DNA of 64,000 bases, from the IMG/VR virus record IMGVR_UViG_3300046170_000433, positions 1 to 64,000 of that record; one strand, 5' to 3'. The DNA is from a virus. Below, piece by piece: positions 16,936 through 29,541 of the stretch. The notes beneath the pieces are model-generated. The model was not told the origin of the DNA, did not search any database, and was given only the letters and a program-made list of their open reading frames with translations. Made by a program: the position numbers and the translations under genes. The stretch's first letter is position 1, and every line of letters begins with the position of its first letter.

Positions 16936-17154
16936 CTACTTGTTAAGTTCGAAGAGGCGTTTGATATCATCGCGCCTATCTTCGACTACCTTCTCAAGGT
17001 TATTGATACGCTCGTGATTCCTAGCTTGGTTAATCTCCAGTCTAGCATTCCTTGCCTTAATTAAATCAATCTCCTCTTTCATTCTCTTTAGAAAGAAACC
17101 TAGCACTGATAGTGCAGCACCAACTCCTATGAGAATATAGTAGTCCATGCTCAC
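16936..17154 (-). CDS. Small membrane protein with coiled coil (holin- or spanin-like)
   Basis: One N-terminal transmembrane helix followed by heptads. Confidence 0.6.
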   Translation of the reverse strand: MSMDYYILIGVGAALSVLGFFLKRMKEEIDLIKARNARLEINQARNHERINNLEKVVEDRRDDIKRLFELNK

Positions 17155-17402
17155 TTCATTGACTTCTTACCACGACACTTCCACTTCTTGCGGGAAAGAG
17201 CATTGGCACATGGTGGGTTCTTACACTTCTTTATACCAGCAGAACGTGCGCAATAGGCATCGCCCTTCTTTGTCCCAGGACGTATTCGGTCACCCCCACC
17301 CTTAGCTTTACCCTTCTGCCCGAAAGAACGGCACTTGCCTTTTACTCTCTTAGCAAAGCGCTTACCCTTGGTGGGTTTACATGCTTTCTTCTTAGCAGGC
17401 AT
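17151..17402 (-). CDS. Small basic Lys/Cys-rich phage protein
   Basis: SFGQKG, AYCARSAG and SRKKWKC motifs common in aquatic phages. Confidence 0.8.
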   Translation of the reverse strand: MPAKKKACKPTKGKRFAKRVKGKCRSFGQKGKAKGGGDRIRPGTKKGDAYCARSAGIKKCKNPPCANALSRKKWKCRGKKSMK

Positions 17403-17524
17403 TAATACTTCTTCCTGCCCATAGGCTTCTTGCCCACAGGTTTCTTGGCTTTAGCTTTATATGCTTTAGCAGCTGCTTTGCCTTTTTTAGTGTATGGGAA
17501 TTTTTTTCCATTAATGTTTGGCAT
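17402..17524 (-). CDS. Small basic protein, 40 aa (below the ORF-track cutoff)
   Basis: MPNINGKKFPYTKKGKAAAKAY...; fills the gap exactly; GGAG Shine-Dalgarno. Confidence 0.75.
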   Translation of the reverse strand: MPNINGKKFPYTKKGKAAAKAYKAKAKKPVGKKPMGRKKY

Positions 17525-17525
17525 T

Positions 17526-17759
17526 TTATTTATCTCCTTTTTTGGTTTTCTTTTTTTTCCACGAAATTCTTGCCGGCCCCTTCTTCTTCTTCATACTGGA
17601 ATTACATTGAGCCTTCGTAGGTCTACATGCTGGGTAAGGTCTTTTGCTCTTACCCTTCTTGGCTGACTTCCTACCACAAGGCTTGCCTGTACGGCAGTCG
17701 ATCCAGCCCTTCCCCCCATTACGGGAGAACCATTTCTTTAGACCCTCCTTAGCCATCAC
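17526..17759 (-). CDS. Small basic Cys-containing phage protein
   Basis: LKKWF...WID...CGR...YPACRP motif. Confidence 0.8.
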   Translation of the reverse strand: MMAKEGLKKWFSRNGGKGWIDCRTGKPCGRKSAKKGKSKRPYPACRPTKAQCNSSMKKKKGPARISWKKKKTKKGDK

Positions 17760-17908
17760 TTCTTCTTAGACTTGTTCCCCCAATTCTTAGCTCCAACCTT
17801 CCGGCATTTAACTAATGCACCAGAGGCATAAGCACTAGGCCATTTGGTGTAACGTCTCTTAACCTTGTGATAACAAGCGTCCTTCTTAGACTTCTTCTTC
17901 TTCGCCAT
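17756..17908 (-). CDS. Small basic protein, 50 aa (below the ORF-track cutoff)
   Basis: MAKKKKSKKDACYHKVKRRYTKWPSAYASGALVKCRKVGAKNWG. Confidence 0.8.
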   Translation of the reverse strand: MAKKKKSKKDACYHKVKRRYTKWPSAYASGALVKCRKVGAKNWGNKSKKK

Positions 17909-18131
17909 CCTCTTCTAATATCTCCGATCCTAAGTCCATTACCATTGGAGTTCCCAAGAACTGCATGGATGTGAACAAGCATCCAACCATTGTTTCTCTT
18001 GTTAAATCAAATTCGCTGGAGAATCTTTCAATGAGATTCTCTAGTTCGAAAGTGAAAGCATCGACCTGCTCGTGATACTCCATTACTTTCTTTTCGGCTG
18101 AATCCTGCGGTTCTTTTTCTTGGTCAGACAT
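17886..18131 (-). CDS. Small acidic hypothetical protein
   Basis: 81-aa ORF overlapping both neighbours. Confidence 0.7.
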   Translation of the reverse strand: MSDQEKEPQDSAEKKVMEYHEQVDAFTFELENLIERFSSEFDLTRETMVGCLFTSMQFLGTPMVMDLGSEILEEDGEEEEV

Positions 18132-18319
18132 TTTATGTTACTTCGTTTGTTATTACGTGGGTTGCCATCTTTATGATGAGCTTCCTTCCCCTTACCACAC
18201 TTGGCTATGCGCCTAGCTTTATTCCTGCCTGCCCTTCTCTTCTTCTGTTCAGGTGTACCATGATAATCATACTCAGAGCCTTTAGCTCCTTTCTTATAAA
18301 CTCTAGGCTTTCTTGCCAC
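18083..18319 (-). CDS. Small HNH endonuclease-like protein
   Basis: HHKDGNPRNN...N...NR motif. Confidence 0.75.
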   Translation of the reverse strand: MARKPRVYKKGAKGSEYDYHGTPEQKKRRAGRNKARRIAKCGKGKEAHHKDGNPRNNKRSNIKCLTKKKNRRIQPKRK

Positions 18320-18499
18320 GTCTCTTGAGGTGTGGGTTCAGTTTCTTCTTAGTTCGATCTGCCTTCTTGTGACAGCAACATTTCTTTTGTTTTCTTCCCT
18401 TCATCTTTTCTTTTTGATTGGTTTCTTGAGGGTACATAAGGATTTTTTCTTATCTGAAGCTTGCTCTTGTTCCTTGGTTATTGAGTATTTCATATATAT

Positions 18500-18521
18500 G
18501 TATTCTAGATTACTAGGTTAC
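18500..18521. promoter_or_regulatory. 22-bp palindromic motif
   Basis: Minus strand reads GTAACCTA-GTAATC-TAGAATAC, 6 nt before ATG 18493 of a tiny basic ORF. Confidence 0.75.
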
Positions 18522-18938
18522 AGCTTACAAATTAAATCCCATCCGTATCTATACTTCTCCCACATTCCCTCACTCTCAGGGTTGGGATATAGCTTGATGG
18601 TCATTCTATTCCCAATATCTTTCTTTGGTATAATGTACCAAATTCTATCTCCACCCCTTACTATTACTGCAGCTAAGTAGTCGTATACATTTTTCCCATA
18701 CCTCTTCTTTGCATTACTCTTACAGCCCATTGAAGTATTAATATTATATCCGCACTTTCCAGTTAGTACGGGTACAAGTACCTTTTATCTGAATCTTTGA
18801 TAATCCACCTTTGCCATCCACTACTGCATCATACTGAGAATAGTCTCCCACGGGCATAGATACGTCTAGTCCTCTTTCTAGAGCCTCACATACAAACATC
18901 TGCTCGTATAGTGTTCCGGCTCTTTTGTTCAGACTCAT
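18518..18938 (-). CDS. PD-(D/E)XK endonuclease, frameshifted near 18745
   Basis: G-x3-E, YDAVVD and IQIK in 18744-18938; YDYLAA...WYIIP in 18518-18730. Confidence 0.75.
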
Positions 18939-21900
18939 AGAACTAGTCTTCTAAGCTCCTCTGAGTATTGAGACGTATTCTTTCTCGGCTTAGTGGGCGA
19001 TCCGCCTATCCCTCTCAGATAGAAGTCATGGTTCTGCATGGACATAAGAAGTTTTTGCCTCCTAGAGTCACTAAGGACGCTAAGGATTGCCTGCATATCA
19101 GGATCTGACAGAGCGTACCTTGTGACGCCTTGCCTTATGTGTTTCCTCTTAAATTTCTCAATGACATCCTTCCTTGGGTCTTCCGCTTGTGACAAGGATA
19201 AGGCGGTCCTGTATGCTTCCTTGAATGCCTCTTTATCATTTGCGTATGCTGCCCTCTCCATCTTCTTCAATGCATTACCCATGGCGGTAGCAGTATAAGT
19301 CATGAAGCCACCTTTGCGCATCTCCATACCCATGACCTTGGAGTAAACTCGAAGTGAGTTTCTCATGCCAGTTATATCAGTTATTTGTCTCTCTGTTGCA
19401 AGCAGTCCCGTTGGGTCTATATCCTCGATGTCTGTTAGATGTGTAGCCATCTGCATATTCTGGACTACAGAGTTTAATCCCATGGAATACATAAGTGGTC
19501 GGACAACATTGCTATAATCAGGCATTAACTTCTCTGTGTTAAATTCCCCTTCCGTTAAGTCTGTAAAGAAGCCACTAGTCTTTACTGCATTGAAGTAATT
19601 ATTAACAGCGTTGTAGCTGTTCATCAGACTAGATATGGCTAGCACTCTACGTGTTGGGTCGAACTGCCCTGCCCTCGAGGTCGGGTCTAACTGACCTATG
19701 ATGAGTGGTGAGGCAAATTCTTGTACGATACCTAACACATTGTTAGCACGTGCTGCTCTTTCAAAGACTGCGATACCATCAAACCTCGGGTCAGTTGCTG
19801 CAAGAGGAAGGCCGATGATAGGAAGAGCTGCTGTTGCTGGTAGCTTGCGTAAAGAACTAGGTTTACCAAGGACTTCCTCGTCCCACCAGTCTGTGAACAT
19901 CGTAAATGCAATACCAGCAGGTACGAGCCAAGCTGTAGACATGAGCATATACCTAATACTCTCTCTAATAGCTAGCTGACCATCTTTGTTCTTCATCTGC
20001 TCAAGACCTTTACCTGCTGATGATACAGACCATCCAACAAGTGGAGACAAGAACTGACCAGTGCCACTTTGTGTCCAAGAACCCTTACCGGCCATGGTAT
20101 CATAGGTTACTTCTGACATAGCTATGTTGTAGGATGCCAAGACAGCATCCCTAGTAAGCACTTTAGTCTCTGGGTCAACCTTCAGTCTTCTTCTGTAGTC
20201 CTGGGCGAGCTGAGTGAAAGACATACCCTCAGATACTAGTCTCTGGTTGAGGGATTCAACCATATCTACACTTCCAAATATCCAGCGGTCTAGTTTACTA
20301 TCTTCGTAACCCAAATCACTAGGTTTCACCTCAAATGTGTTGTTGTCCAGTGAGACTCCCTTGGCATCCAGTGCTTTTGCTGTCTGAATAACGAATTTCT
20401 CAATGGTATTAGCCATCCCAAGTGCTATAGACTTGTTGGTAGCTTGTGCAAGGTATGTAAATGGAGCTGTAAGAGGTGTGAGTAATGATCCTGGGATGTA
20501 ATTACCACTTGTCTTTGCTCTTTGACCTGCTCCAATCATAGAAAGTGAGTTTACTGCATTCCGTAAGTTACGTAGACCCTTCTGCATACCTCTGAGGCTA
20601 CCTTCCTTACCTATTTCAGTCATGTTCTCACTAAATGACATCATTCCAGCTTCTCTACTGAATACATCTCTCAATTCAGATGCATACTTATCTGCACGAA
20701 GCATTTCTATGCCAAAACTCTCAAGAAAAGACCCTGCAACCTCTCGTGCAAGGTTGGCATATGTTTTACCGACTTGCCTAAAGGCAGTTGGGTTAAGACC
20801 AAGCCTTTTTACGATATCAGGAATAGACATTGTGGCTGTCCATGCCCCCTTCATCGTGTTTACCATCCCAAATGCTAATGTGCGCAAGACCTCAAGCCCC
20901 AAACTTATGTCTTGGTTGTTTGAGCTTCTCGAAGTGAAGGCCGCATTGATTGCAGCAAAAGCCTTTTGTGCCTCAACGAAAGTACGAGCCTCTTTGTCGA
21001 GCTGATCAAATGAAACCCTCTTACCCTTGTTTGCCATGTGGGATTCCATCTTCTTCTTGAATGAACTCCACCAGATTCTATTGGTCTTACTTGGGACTGA
21101 ACCCGACTTTATTGTATAACCCAACTCATCAGCTAGGTTCTTATATGTTGTGTATGAAGGCTGATATTGGTCACGTATTGCACTGTAATTCTCAGTAAGC
21201 TTCTCACCTTTCCTTCCAAATTTAGCGGTCATGAGAATCTTAGACAAGTGTTGTCCAGATGATGTCTCATCATACATCTCGTATTCAAAGAACTCTCCAG
21301 GGAGAATGTTATAGAGACTACGAGCATGAATGGATGAATGTAGTTTTGTACCAGACATCATCGTACTTAAGGATTGCTCGGTGTCTCCGACTGCCTTGGC
21401 ATCTTCTGTTGCTTCGGCATGTGCCTTGATTAATGCGTTTGCTCTATGTCTGAATTGACCCAAGAGGTTCGACAAAGTGGTGTCATCTGAATCGGGCAAC
21501 AATTTCTTTAAATCAAGTATAGCATTGGCTACCTTGATGCCTGCATTTTCACCCTCTGCATTTCTCCATGCTCTTTCTAACTCCTCGGGCAAGAGTACTC
21601 TTACATTATTACCCTCATCGGTCTGAGAGGTGAGAGTTAATGGAGTTGCATGGGCAGACTTGCCCACAAATATTGGCTTAAAGAACAGATTGGCTATCTT
21701 GCCATCAACGAGCTTACCCAAGGATTGTACGAAGCTTTCCTCTGCATCCACCTGTTGCACTTCAGCTTCTTTCATTCCGCCAAGTAGCTTCTGAAAAAAC
21801 TTAGGTTGATAATCCTCGGACTCATCATAATCGAACTCTGGATCAAGAAGACTAACAACCTCTGCAATCTTAGTCATGTTGAGTTTTCGGGGTGTAGTGT

Positions 21901-24900
21901 AAACACCTTGATCCACAAACCTTCTGTAGAGCTTGTCCATTCTACCAGTGGCTATGGACTCCCTCTCTACATCTTCATCATATACAGAGATGTCATACTT
22001 TCTGTAGAGCCTTTGGAAGTTCTCATTCTGAATACTCCATTGCTTGAGGTATGCTCTGAGTGCCTTCTTTCCTTCTTCGGTGTAGTTTCGATCAGGATCC
22101 TCTGCCTTGAGGTCTGCCCAAACCTTATTTATAGCTAGCTCCTCTTGACCTTGTAGGTCGGGTCGCTCATTGAACCAATCGAAAAGCTTTGATCCGAAGT
22201 TCCTCATGAAGAGATTCACATTCTCCCCATTGTCCTTTGCCATCTCTGCATGCAGTCTGACGATAGCGCCGGATACTCTCTTACCTTGACCAAATATTCT
22301 ACCAGCCTCAGCTTGGTAGTCTCTAGTATACTCATTGAGTAGTGTTGCAACAGCCTTACCTGCTGGGCCCAGTCTCGACATCCGCTCTTGGAGAGAAGAT
22401 GCTGCAGCATGAAGGAATCCAACATTCGACACAGAGTATTGTATGCCAAAGTTAGGCTTACGCATTTCTCTTGCTAGTTGCTTAAAGTATCTATCCTCGG
22501 GTGTACCCTCATACTGCTCCTTGTACTCAGGTGTATCCATGATCTTAAATAGATTGGATGCTTCTGCTGCCATTCTCTTGGCTTCATCAGAGCTTTCACC
22601 CTTTCCTAGGGCATATGTAAAGTTGTCATCCATGAGCTTGCCATCGGTGAGTCTAAGTGTGGCAAACTTAGCTCCTTCAAATAACTCTACAGGACCAGTA
22701 GTCTCAAAGTACTCGTCAAGGTCGGCAATTCTGTCGTTGTATGCCTCGAGGAACTTCTTGGCTATACTCTCCTCTTCCTTGGCTTTATCCATATCCTTGG
22801 AAAGTTCAGCAATCTCCTCATGAAGCTTACGAACATTCTTGAGAATGGACATCATGGATTTGTCCTTAACATCAGGAGTTGGCTTACCCTCGGAGGCTTG
22901 CTTAATAAGATTAACTGCCTCTTGTACGGAGTGACCAGCTATCCTTCCTGGGGCGAGTCTCATGCGAGTAGTGAATGCACTACGAGGTACATCATTCTTT
23001 TGATCCTTGCCTAGCATGAGTGCGACTGCAACTTGAACAGCCTGATCAAGCTCGGGGTCGGATATACCGACATCCTCTGCCTTGATATCCATCAAGTCGA
23101 ATATCTCCTTGGCTGTCTTCTGTTCTATAAAATCCTTGGGGTCTTGTGCCTCAGCCAAACGATCCATAAGGTCGTACAGCTTCTTCTCATCTATCTCTAA
23201 TTCCCTTAGCTTACTGAAAGATGTAGGTGATAATCCTGTGGCTGCTTCAAATGCATTCACTAAGGAGTACTCCCCTGTTGTCTCAGACTTATTATATAGT
23301 GTGCTTTTTAGATACCTACCAAAGAGTGCTTGGGTCTTACCAGCATCGAACATGCTCTTGGGCTTAGTAAGAGCTTCCATGCGGTTCTGCTTCTCTATGA
23401 CCTTGTAGCCGATACTCTCCTTGGATGTTTTGGCTTCTCGGAATAAGTTACTGACATTCTCTCTAGCTCCTGCGAGTATTTTCATTAAGTTCCTTCCACC
23501 CGTGTCCTTGTTGGCTCGGGTTTCTAGGTCGTTAATGTCTCTTACTGAGTCTATGTCTATGTTGGGGTTGGTTGCCTCAGCGAACTGGGTGGATGCCTCC
23601 TCGGCTAGTAGCTTGGTCTTTTTGCCAATCACCTTGGCAATCACATCAGGAGTGGTTGAGCCATCAATGGTCATGAACTCCTTGAGTCTCTCAGGCTCTA
23701 TATTCGCATCACCAAGATCAGCCAGTACAGCCTTTTGAATCTTACTGAAGTCTTTCAAAGAAGCAGTATGCGCGCGTAACGTGCCACGTGCTACACTCTG
23801 TTCAATGGTGTCAGCAGACTCCATTTGTAACCCATTATCCTGGGTTACAATACTATTATTAGCAGTCTCTATCCCTACCCTAAAGTGTACCTCGCCATCA
23901 AACTCATCATCTAGCTCGAGGTTTTCTTCCTTTACTCTCAATTCTATGATGTTTTCACCGTAACCCTCTGCCTGTCCATCCATGCTCGAGGAAACGAATA
24001 TCTCATCAGTATTCTCTTTGGTTACAAAACCATCTTCGGCAACCTTCTCAGGATCTGCATCAGTTCTATGGTAAACGGTAATTGTACCATCTGCATTCTT
24101 GGGTATCGGGTTGCCCTTGCGGTCAGTAAAGCTTGAGTCTCCAGCAATCTCATCGTTGGACTCGAAAGCTCCTCTCATTAAATCTACATCATTGGCTGCA
24201 AGCTTGTCAGATGTACGCAATAGCGTACGGTAGCGCTTACGAATCTCATCTGATGCAGTCCTCTGAGGAGTAAAGTCAGTATCAAATATCTTACTAGCCA
24301 AGTCTAACACCCAATCAATTACTCTCTCGAACCTAGACTTAAACTTCCTTGCAAGCTTGGGAGGTAGTGGGCGATTAAGGAACTTCCTAAACTTAGGATT
24401 GGTAGCAAAGTTTGCCCAGAACTCATGCATGTTCATCAAGCCATGGTAATGCACTCCATCGGTCTGAGTCCTAAGCCAATCCATAAGCTCCTTAGTCTCA
24501 TCATAGAACTGGATGGCTTGCTTCATTGATAAAACCTTCGATGCACCTCGAGGCATCTTGCCCTTACGCTTGGCTTGTATGCTTGCCTCTACTGCTGTAG
24601 CAAAAACCCTGTGGGCAACCTCCTCAAGGAATGCAACTCTTACTGCATCTTCTGCATTAAGGTCGGTATCACTAACCTTAAAGAATGGCCCCATAACAAT
24701 AGTATCACCACGGATATAGGCTCTTGTAAGCTTACCATTACTACCATCATTCTGTATACCATCCTTGAAGTTGTCCCATGATCTAAACTGAACCTTTAAG
24801 TTCTTAACAAAAGGATGTGCAAGTAAAGTCTGTGCCATATCAAGGAGTGACCCACTTAAGGCATCTGAGCCATCAAGTCTTAAAAGCTCCTTGTTCAATA

Positions 24901-27900
24901 AGGCAGTAAGTCGCACTGGCTTACCATCCACCTCCAAGCCATCGGAGAACTTAGCTACTGCTTCTGCATTCTCTTGCTGTAACTCCTCAGAGATTGGTGG
25001 GCTTATTATCTTCTTCTTCGGCTCATCAATATGTCTCTGTATTTCACGCTCCAAAGATGCTTCGGTTTTTGCTATCTGACCAACCGACTCCATCTTATTT
25101 TGGTATGGCTCAAAGTATACGTTCAGAGTGGTCTGAAGAGTTGCTACATCTATAGCACCCGTAAGATACATTTTGGCATAATGCTGAACTAAGTTGAAGT
25201 CCTCATCCTCCATATTGAGTTCACGTGCCATATCGAGGACATTTTCATATATCCCCTTGTCACCATCTGGGGCAACTTCCTCTACTTCCTCTTCTTCGTC
25301 TTCCTCAACTTCCTCTTCTACTTCCTCTTCAGTCTCCTCTTCTTGCTCCTCCTCAACTTCTTCCTCACTCTCCTCTTCTTGCTCAGGTGACTCCTCTTCC
25401 TCCTTCTCCTCTAGCTGTGCTGCCGGATCAAGTGTATCATCAGAAAGTTCTGCAACTTCATTCTCGGAGACTGCACCTGCCAGCACATCACTACCTGTAC
25501 CCTTTTCTTGCTTCTGTACCTTTCCTCCCTTGTTTTCGTATGTTCTGACTGCTTTCTTGATAGCACTAAACTCGCCTTCACTAAGGACATCAAAGCCAGA
25601 CACATATTCTTTAGTGCCTTGTTTGCCCTCAGCAATGTGATTAGTGAAATCAATAAGGTCTACAATTCTTACATTCTTTGTAGTGCCTAGCTTTTTACCT
25701 AGAGTAGACTTCTCTTCGTCAGCTATATCCTTTGCTCTTTCGAGTATCTTCTTCTGCAAAGAGTCTATAATCTTACTATTTAAATTGGGTGCATATACCT
25801 CAAGGAGTGGGTTGAACTTATCACCCTCCATCGCAAGCTCATAGATTCTATTTGCTCTGTCATCTCTACCTACATTCTCCTTAAGGTAGTTCTGTACTTC
25901 GGCTGTCTCCATACTACGAATAAACTCGTAGTCGGTGAAGCCCTCCATGGCATTATTGTACTCCTCTTCTGACTCAAAGTCTGCTGCAACTTGTGCCTCC
26001 TGATTAAAGGTAAGAACATCTACTAGTTCTAGTCTGCCTCCGTCTGTATCATCTTCAAATGAATCTATTTCATTAATGTCAAAGTCACCTGTCTTATTCG
26101 CTAGTGGTCGTATTCGGATCGAGTAGCTTGCCGTCTTACCTGCTACTCGTCTTCCCATAGCCTTGATCACCTTAGAGTCCTTCTTGCCTCTGATCGTTCT
26201 CACAAGGTAAGCAGGCTCACCCTCTTGATCCTTCTTGAAATACCTTAACACTACTGCCTTCTTGGAGGTACTACTACCCTGCTTGTCACCCATATCAATT
26301 GCATTGAGATAGTTGATGGCATCTCTTCCCTTCAAGGGATTAGGTAAACCCGTCTTCTCAACTGATGGGTAGATACGATTCGCACTATTTTCCTGCCCAC
26401 GCTTATAAAAGCTCATCTCGTTATTGGCAGTAGCTTTCTCTTCCTCTAAGTCTAACTTCTCCTCGGTACTGAGCTTACGTGTACCGCCCTTATTTTTACC
26501 AAATTCCCCCTGTTGACTTAACTTTGACTTGGTGGTTTTGACCCAATCCTTTATTTCAATCTCGGAGTCAAAGGCATAATATACTTGGTTAGCCTCGTCA
26601 TCCCTTGTCGTAAAGCCCACCACTTGACCGCTAGCAGTAACATCAGGCGTTACCTTAAATTTCCCTATTCGAGCCTGTCCAACCTCATATGTGTCACCCT
26701 TTTGGTAGATAGCCTCACCAAGCTTTACTCGCTTTTCTTTTGGGTCTTTAACCTGCCTGTCTTCTAAAACAAGCATCCCAATCTCTGCTTTAAGATTATC
26801 GTCTTTTACATTCAGTTCCTTATCACCAATAGCATAGGTCTTGCCATCATGGCTTACACCAAGAACCTTACCCTTCTCATCGATTTTAAGCTCAACTCCA
26901 GAAGCTCTACCCTTTTTGACACCACCAGTATCCTTCCCTGTGACATAGACTTTGGTGGTTATACCATTCTGATTCTCAATGGCTGAGACACCTTCGATAG
27001 TTCTACCTCTTCTAGCATCTACCTTGATGATCGCTGATGCAGATACTGAGTTATCTCCAGTCTTCTCTGTCTTGATGGTACTAGTCTCTTCATCAATGGC
27101 AGTAATTTTAACTAGCTCATCACTATCTTTTAGTTTTACAAACTGCCCTACCCTCGGCTCATGAGTCTTGAAGTTCTGAGCAGCGCTTTGTTGCCTTGCT
27201 AGCTCGATAGCCTTCTTCTCTTCCTCCTCTAGTGCTAGGTCGAAAGGTGTTGGCTTCTTCCACTCATTATCCATCAAGTGGTGCTTTACAAACTCGGCTG
27301 TCGCAGCATCTGCTAACGCAGCTACATCCTGGGACTTATTGAGTCCATCAATCTCCTCGGCATAAAGCTCGGCATGAACTCTAGCTTGCCCCTTGATAAA
27401 CTTCTCATTGATTCCACTCTGTGGATTATTATCAATAAAGCTTTGAATGTCTCCCTCTAGCTCAGAGAAAACCTTGTAAGCAAGAATACCACCTAGAGTC
27501 TCGTTGTTCTTATCTTAGCACTATTAGACTTCTTGGTAGTAATAGATAGCTTTCTAAGATTGCCACCTTTGTCTAGCTCAACAAGACCCTCGTCCTCCAT
27601 CTTAAGGGCAAGTGTTACTAAAGTATCATCCGTAACACTCTTTGTTGCATCGGGAAGGGAGTTACGTAATCGGATCGCTGTATCGTAAGCATTGTACAGC
27701 TGGCTCATATCCATAGCCATAATATCATTATCCGAGAATGGCATCTCCATATTGCCATCCATGTTAAGAATTAGCTCCTCTGCCTTAGCCTTTCTCTTAG
27801 CCTGTCTGTATAGCAAATCTACTGACTCTTGCTTCCGTTGGTCAGTTGGAGCATCTAAGTTCTGATTCTCTACGGTTAAGACTCCATCCTCTACCTTGTA

Positions 27901-29490
27901 AGTTGCAGAGTAAACTCTCTCCCTACTAGATACATCAGATACTATTAATTGATTACCTTTGGAGCTTACCTCTAGGTTAGTTTGAGCAGTCTGTATTACA
28001 TCATCATCCTTCTCCTCTTCCCGACCTTCTTGCTCCTTCTCTATCTGCTTTACTAGCTGAGGCTTCAGAGTCTTAAGTTCTTCCAATTTTTCATCGGTGA
28101 AGTTCTTTAAGTCCTCAGGCTTTATGATCTTATCCTTGCTGTCTACAATACTTAACTCACTAGACTTTAGCCTTTCAGTTGCTCCATTGTTATACTCAAC
28201 TAATACGGTACGCTCTTCCTCTTCTACCTCAAGTACTCTAGCTAGTCTGTTTGATCCTATTGGTGTTACTACCGTGCCTACACCTTGTTCTGCTATAGCA
28301 TTAAATCTTTTCTCCTCGAAACGATTCCTAATCTCTACTCTCTCATCTGAGGTTTCTAGTGGCTCTGACTCAGTATCCTCCTCCAAATCTGACTGAGCTG
28401 TATCTTGGGGTCTAAGTAACCTAGATACACCACCCGTAGCAGCCGTAACTGTACCACCACCAATAGCACCGAGAAGACCACCATTGATCATTCTCTCCCA
28501 GTCTTTCTCATTCCACTCTTCTTTGGTATGATACTTGACGGTCGCCATCTGCACGACTTCCTGCATTGCCTCAGTTATACCCTCACCACCTGCACCCTGT
28601 GCAAGAAACACCATACCCTCGGGTAGCGATTTAAATAACTTACCCACCTCTCTTTCAGCTGCATCTTTCCCAATGGACTTACTTAACTTGCCTACCAAGA
28701 AGACTGGTATTGCAGAGTCAAGTGCGCCGGAAGCACCACCTGCGAACATGGATAATGCTCTGGCCTCGCCAGGAGAAAGATACATTTCATCACTAGGATC
28801 GAGTCTAGTATATTCATAAAGGTCACCATAAACATGACCCGTATTCTCTAATGCAGAACTACCGAATGCCCCTGCCCCCATTCCTGCCTTAGCCCCATAA
28901 TTATCACCAAGATACTTCTTGGCTTTGGACTTAAGCTCAGAAAGCTTATCGGTCTTTTCTAACCCCTTCTGTATCTTTTTACCAATACCTCTACCAACCA
29001 CGGATGACACCATTGATGGCACTATATCGACTACAGACCTTGAAGCTCCTTGAGCAAAATATTTTAGGAAGTCACTGAAGTCATCGATCATTGTGTAATT
29101 ATCGAATACTTCCTTCCCATACTCACTAACTTGCCGAGCATCTCTCTGTGCTGAACGCATTAAATCACGCTCAGTCTCATCCATGCCAATAGCACCTAAT
29201 GCAGATGCCAAGCCTTGTTTAAGACCTTGCTTCTTGGTGTAGTACTGCTGTGCTATAGCATCTGTTGCTCCACCGAAGAATGTCTTCTGTTCCCCATATG
29301 CTTTCTTTATTAAAGGAACAAACTCGTAGTCATCACGCTCAGAAGCAAACTGCTCAATATTTATGTTTCGCTCCTCAAGTCTAGACTTTAGCTCTAAAGC
29401 TAAGTCTTCATCCGTGGCATTATCTGCCCGTTGCGAAAAACCTTTTTTCCTTAAAAAGTCTCGATAATCAGATATAGCTACACTTGCCAT
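18935..29490 (-). CDS. Giant internal virion/polyvalent protein, about 3,500 aa, one frameshift near 27520
   Basis: The frame of the 2780-aa ORF stays open through 27278-27510 and joins ORF 27493-29490; contains a Gly/Ala-rich membrane-like segment, zincin-like EEVAH...HEF and ART-like VYHRT motifs. Confidence 0.8.
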
Positions 29491-29499
29491 AGGTATATT

Positions 29500-29521
29500 G
29501 TAACCTAGATAAATAGGTTGT
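29500..29521. promoter_or_regulatory. 22-bp palindromic motif
   Basis: GTAACCTA-GATAAA-TAGGTTGT, 9 nt before minus-strand ATG 29490. Confidence 0.75.
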
Positions 29522-29541
29522 AAAGATTATCAGTTTTTTTC

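Noticed and set aside
18935-29490. Virion RNA polymerase (N4- or crAss-like)
   Set aside because: No DxDGD or single-subunit polymerase motifs seen in the translation
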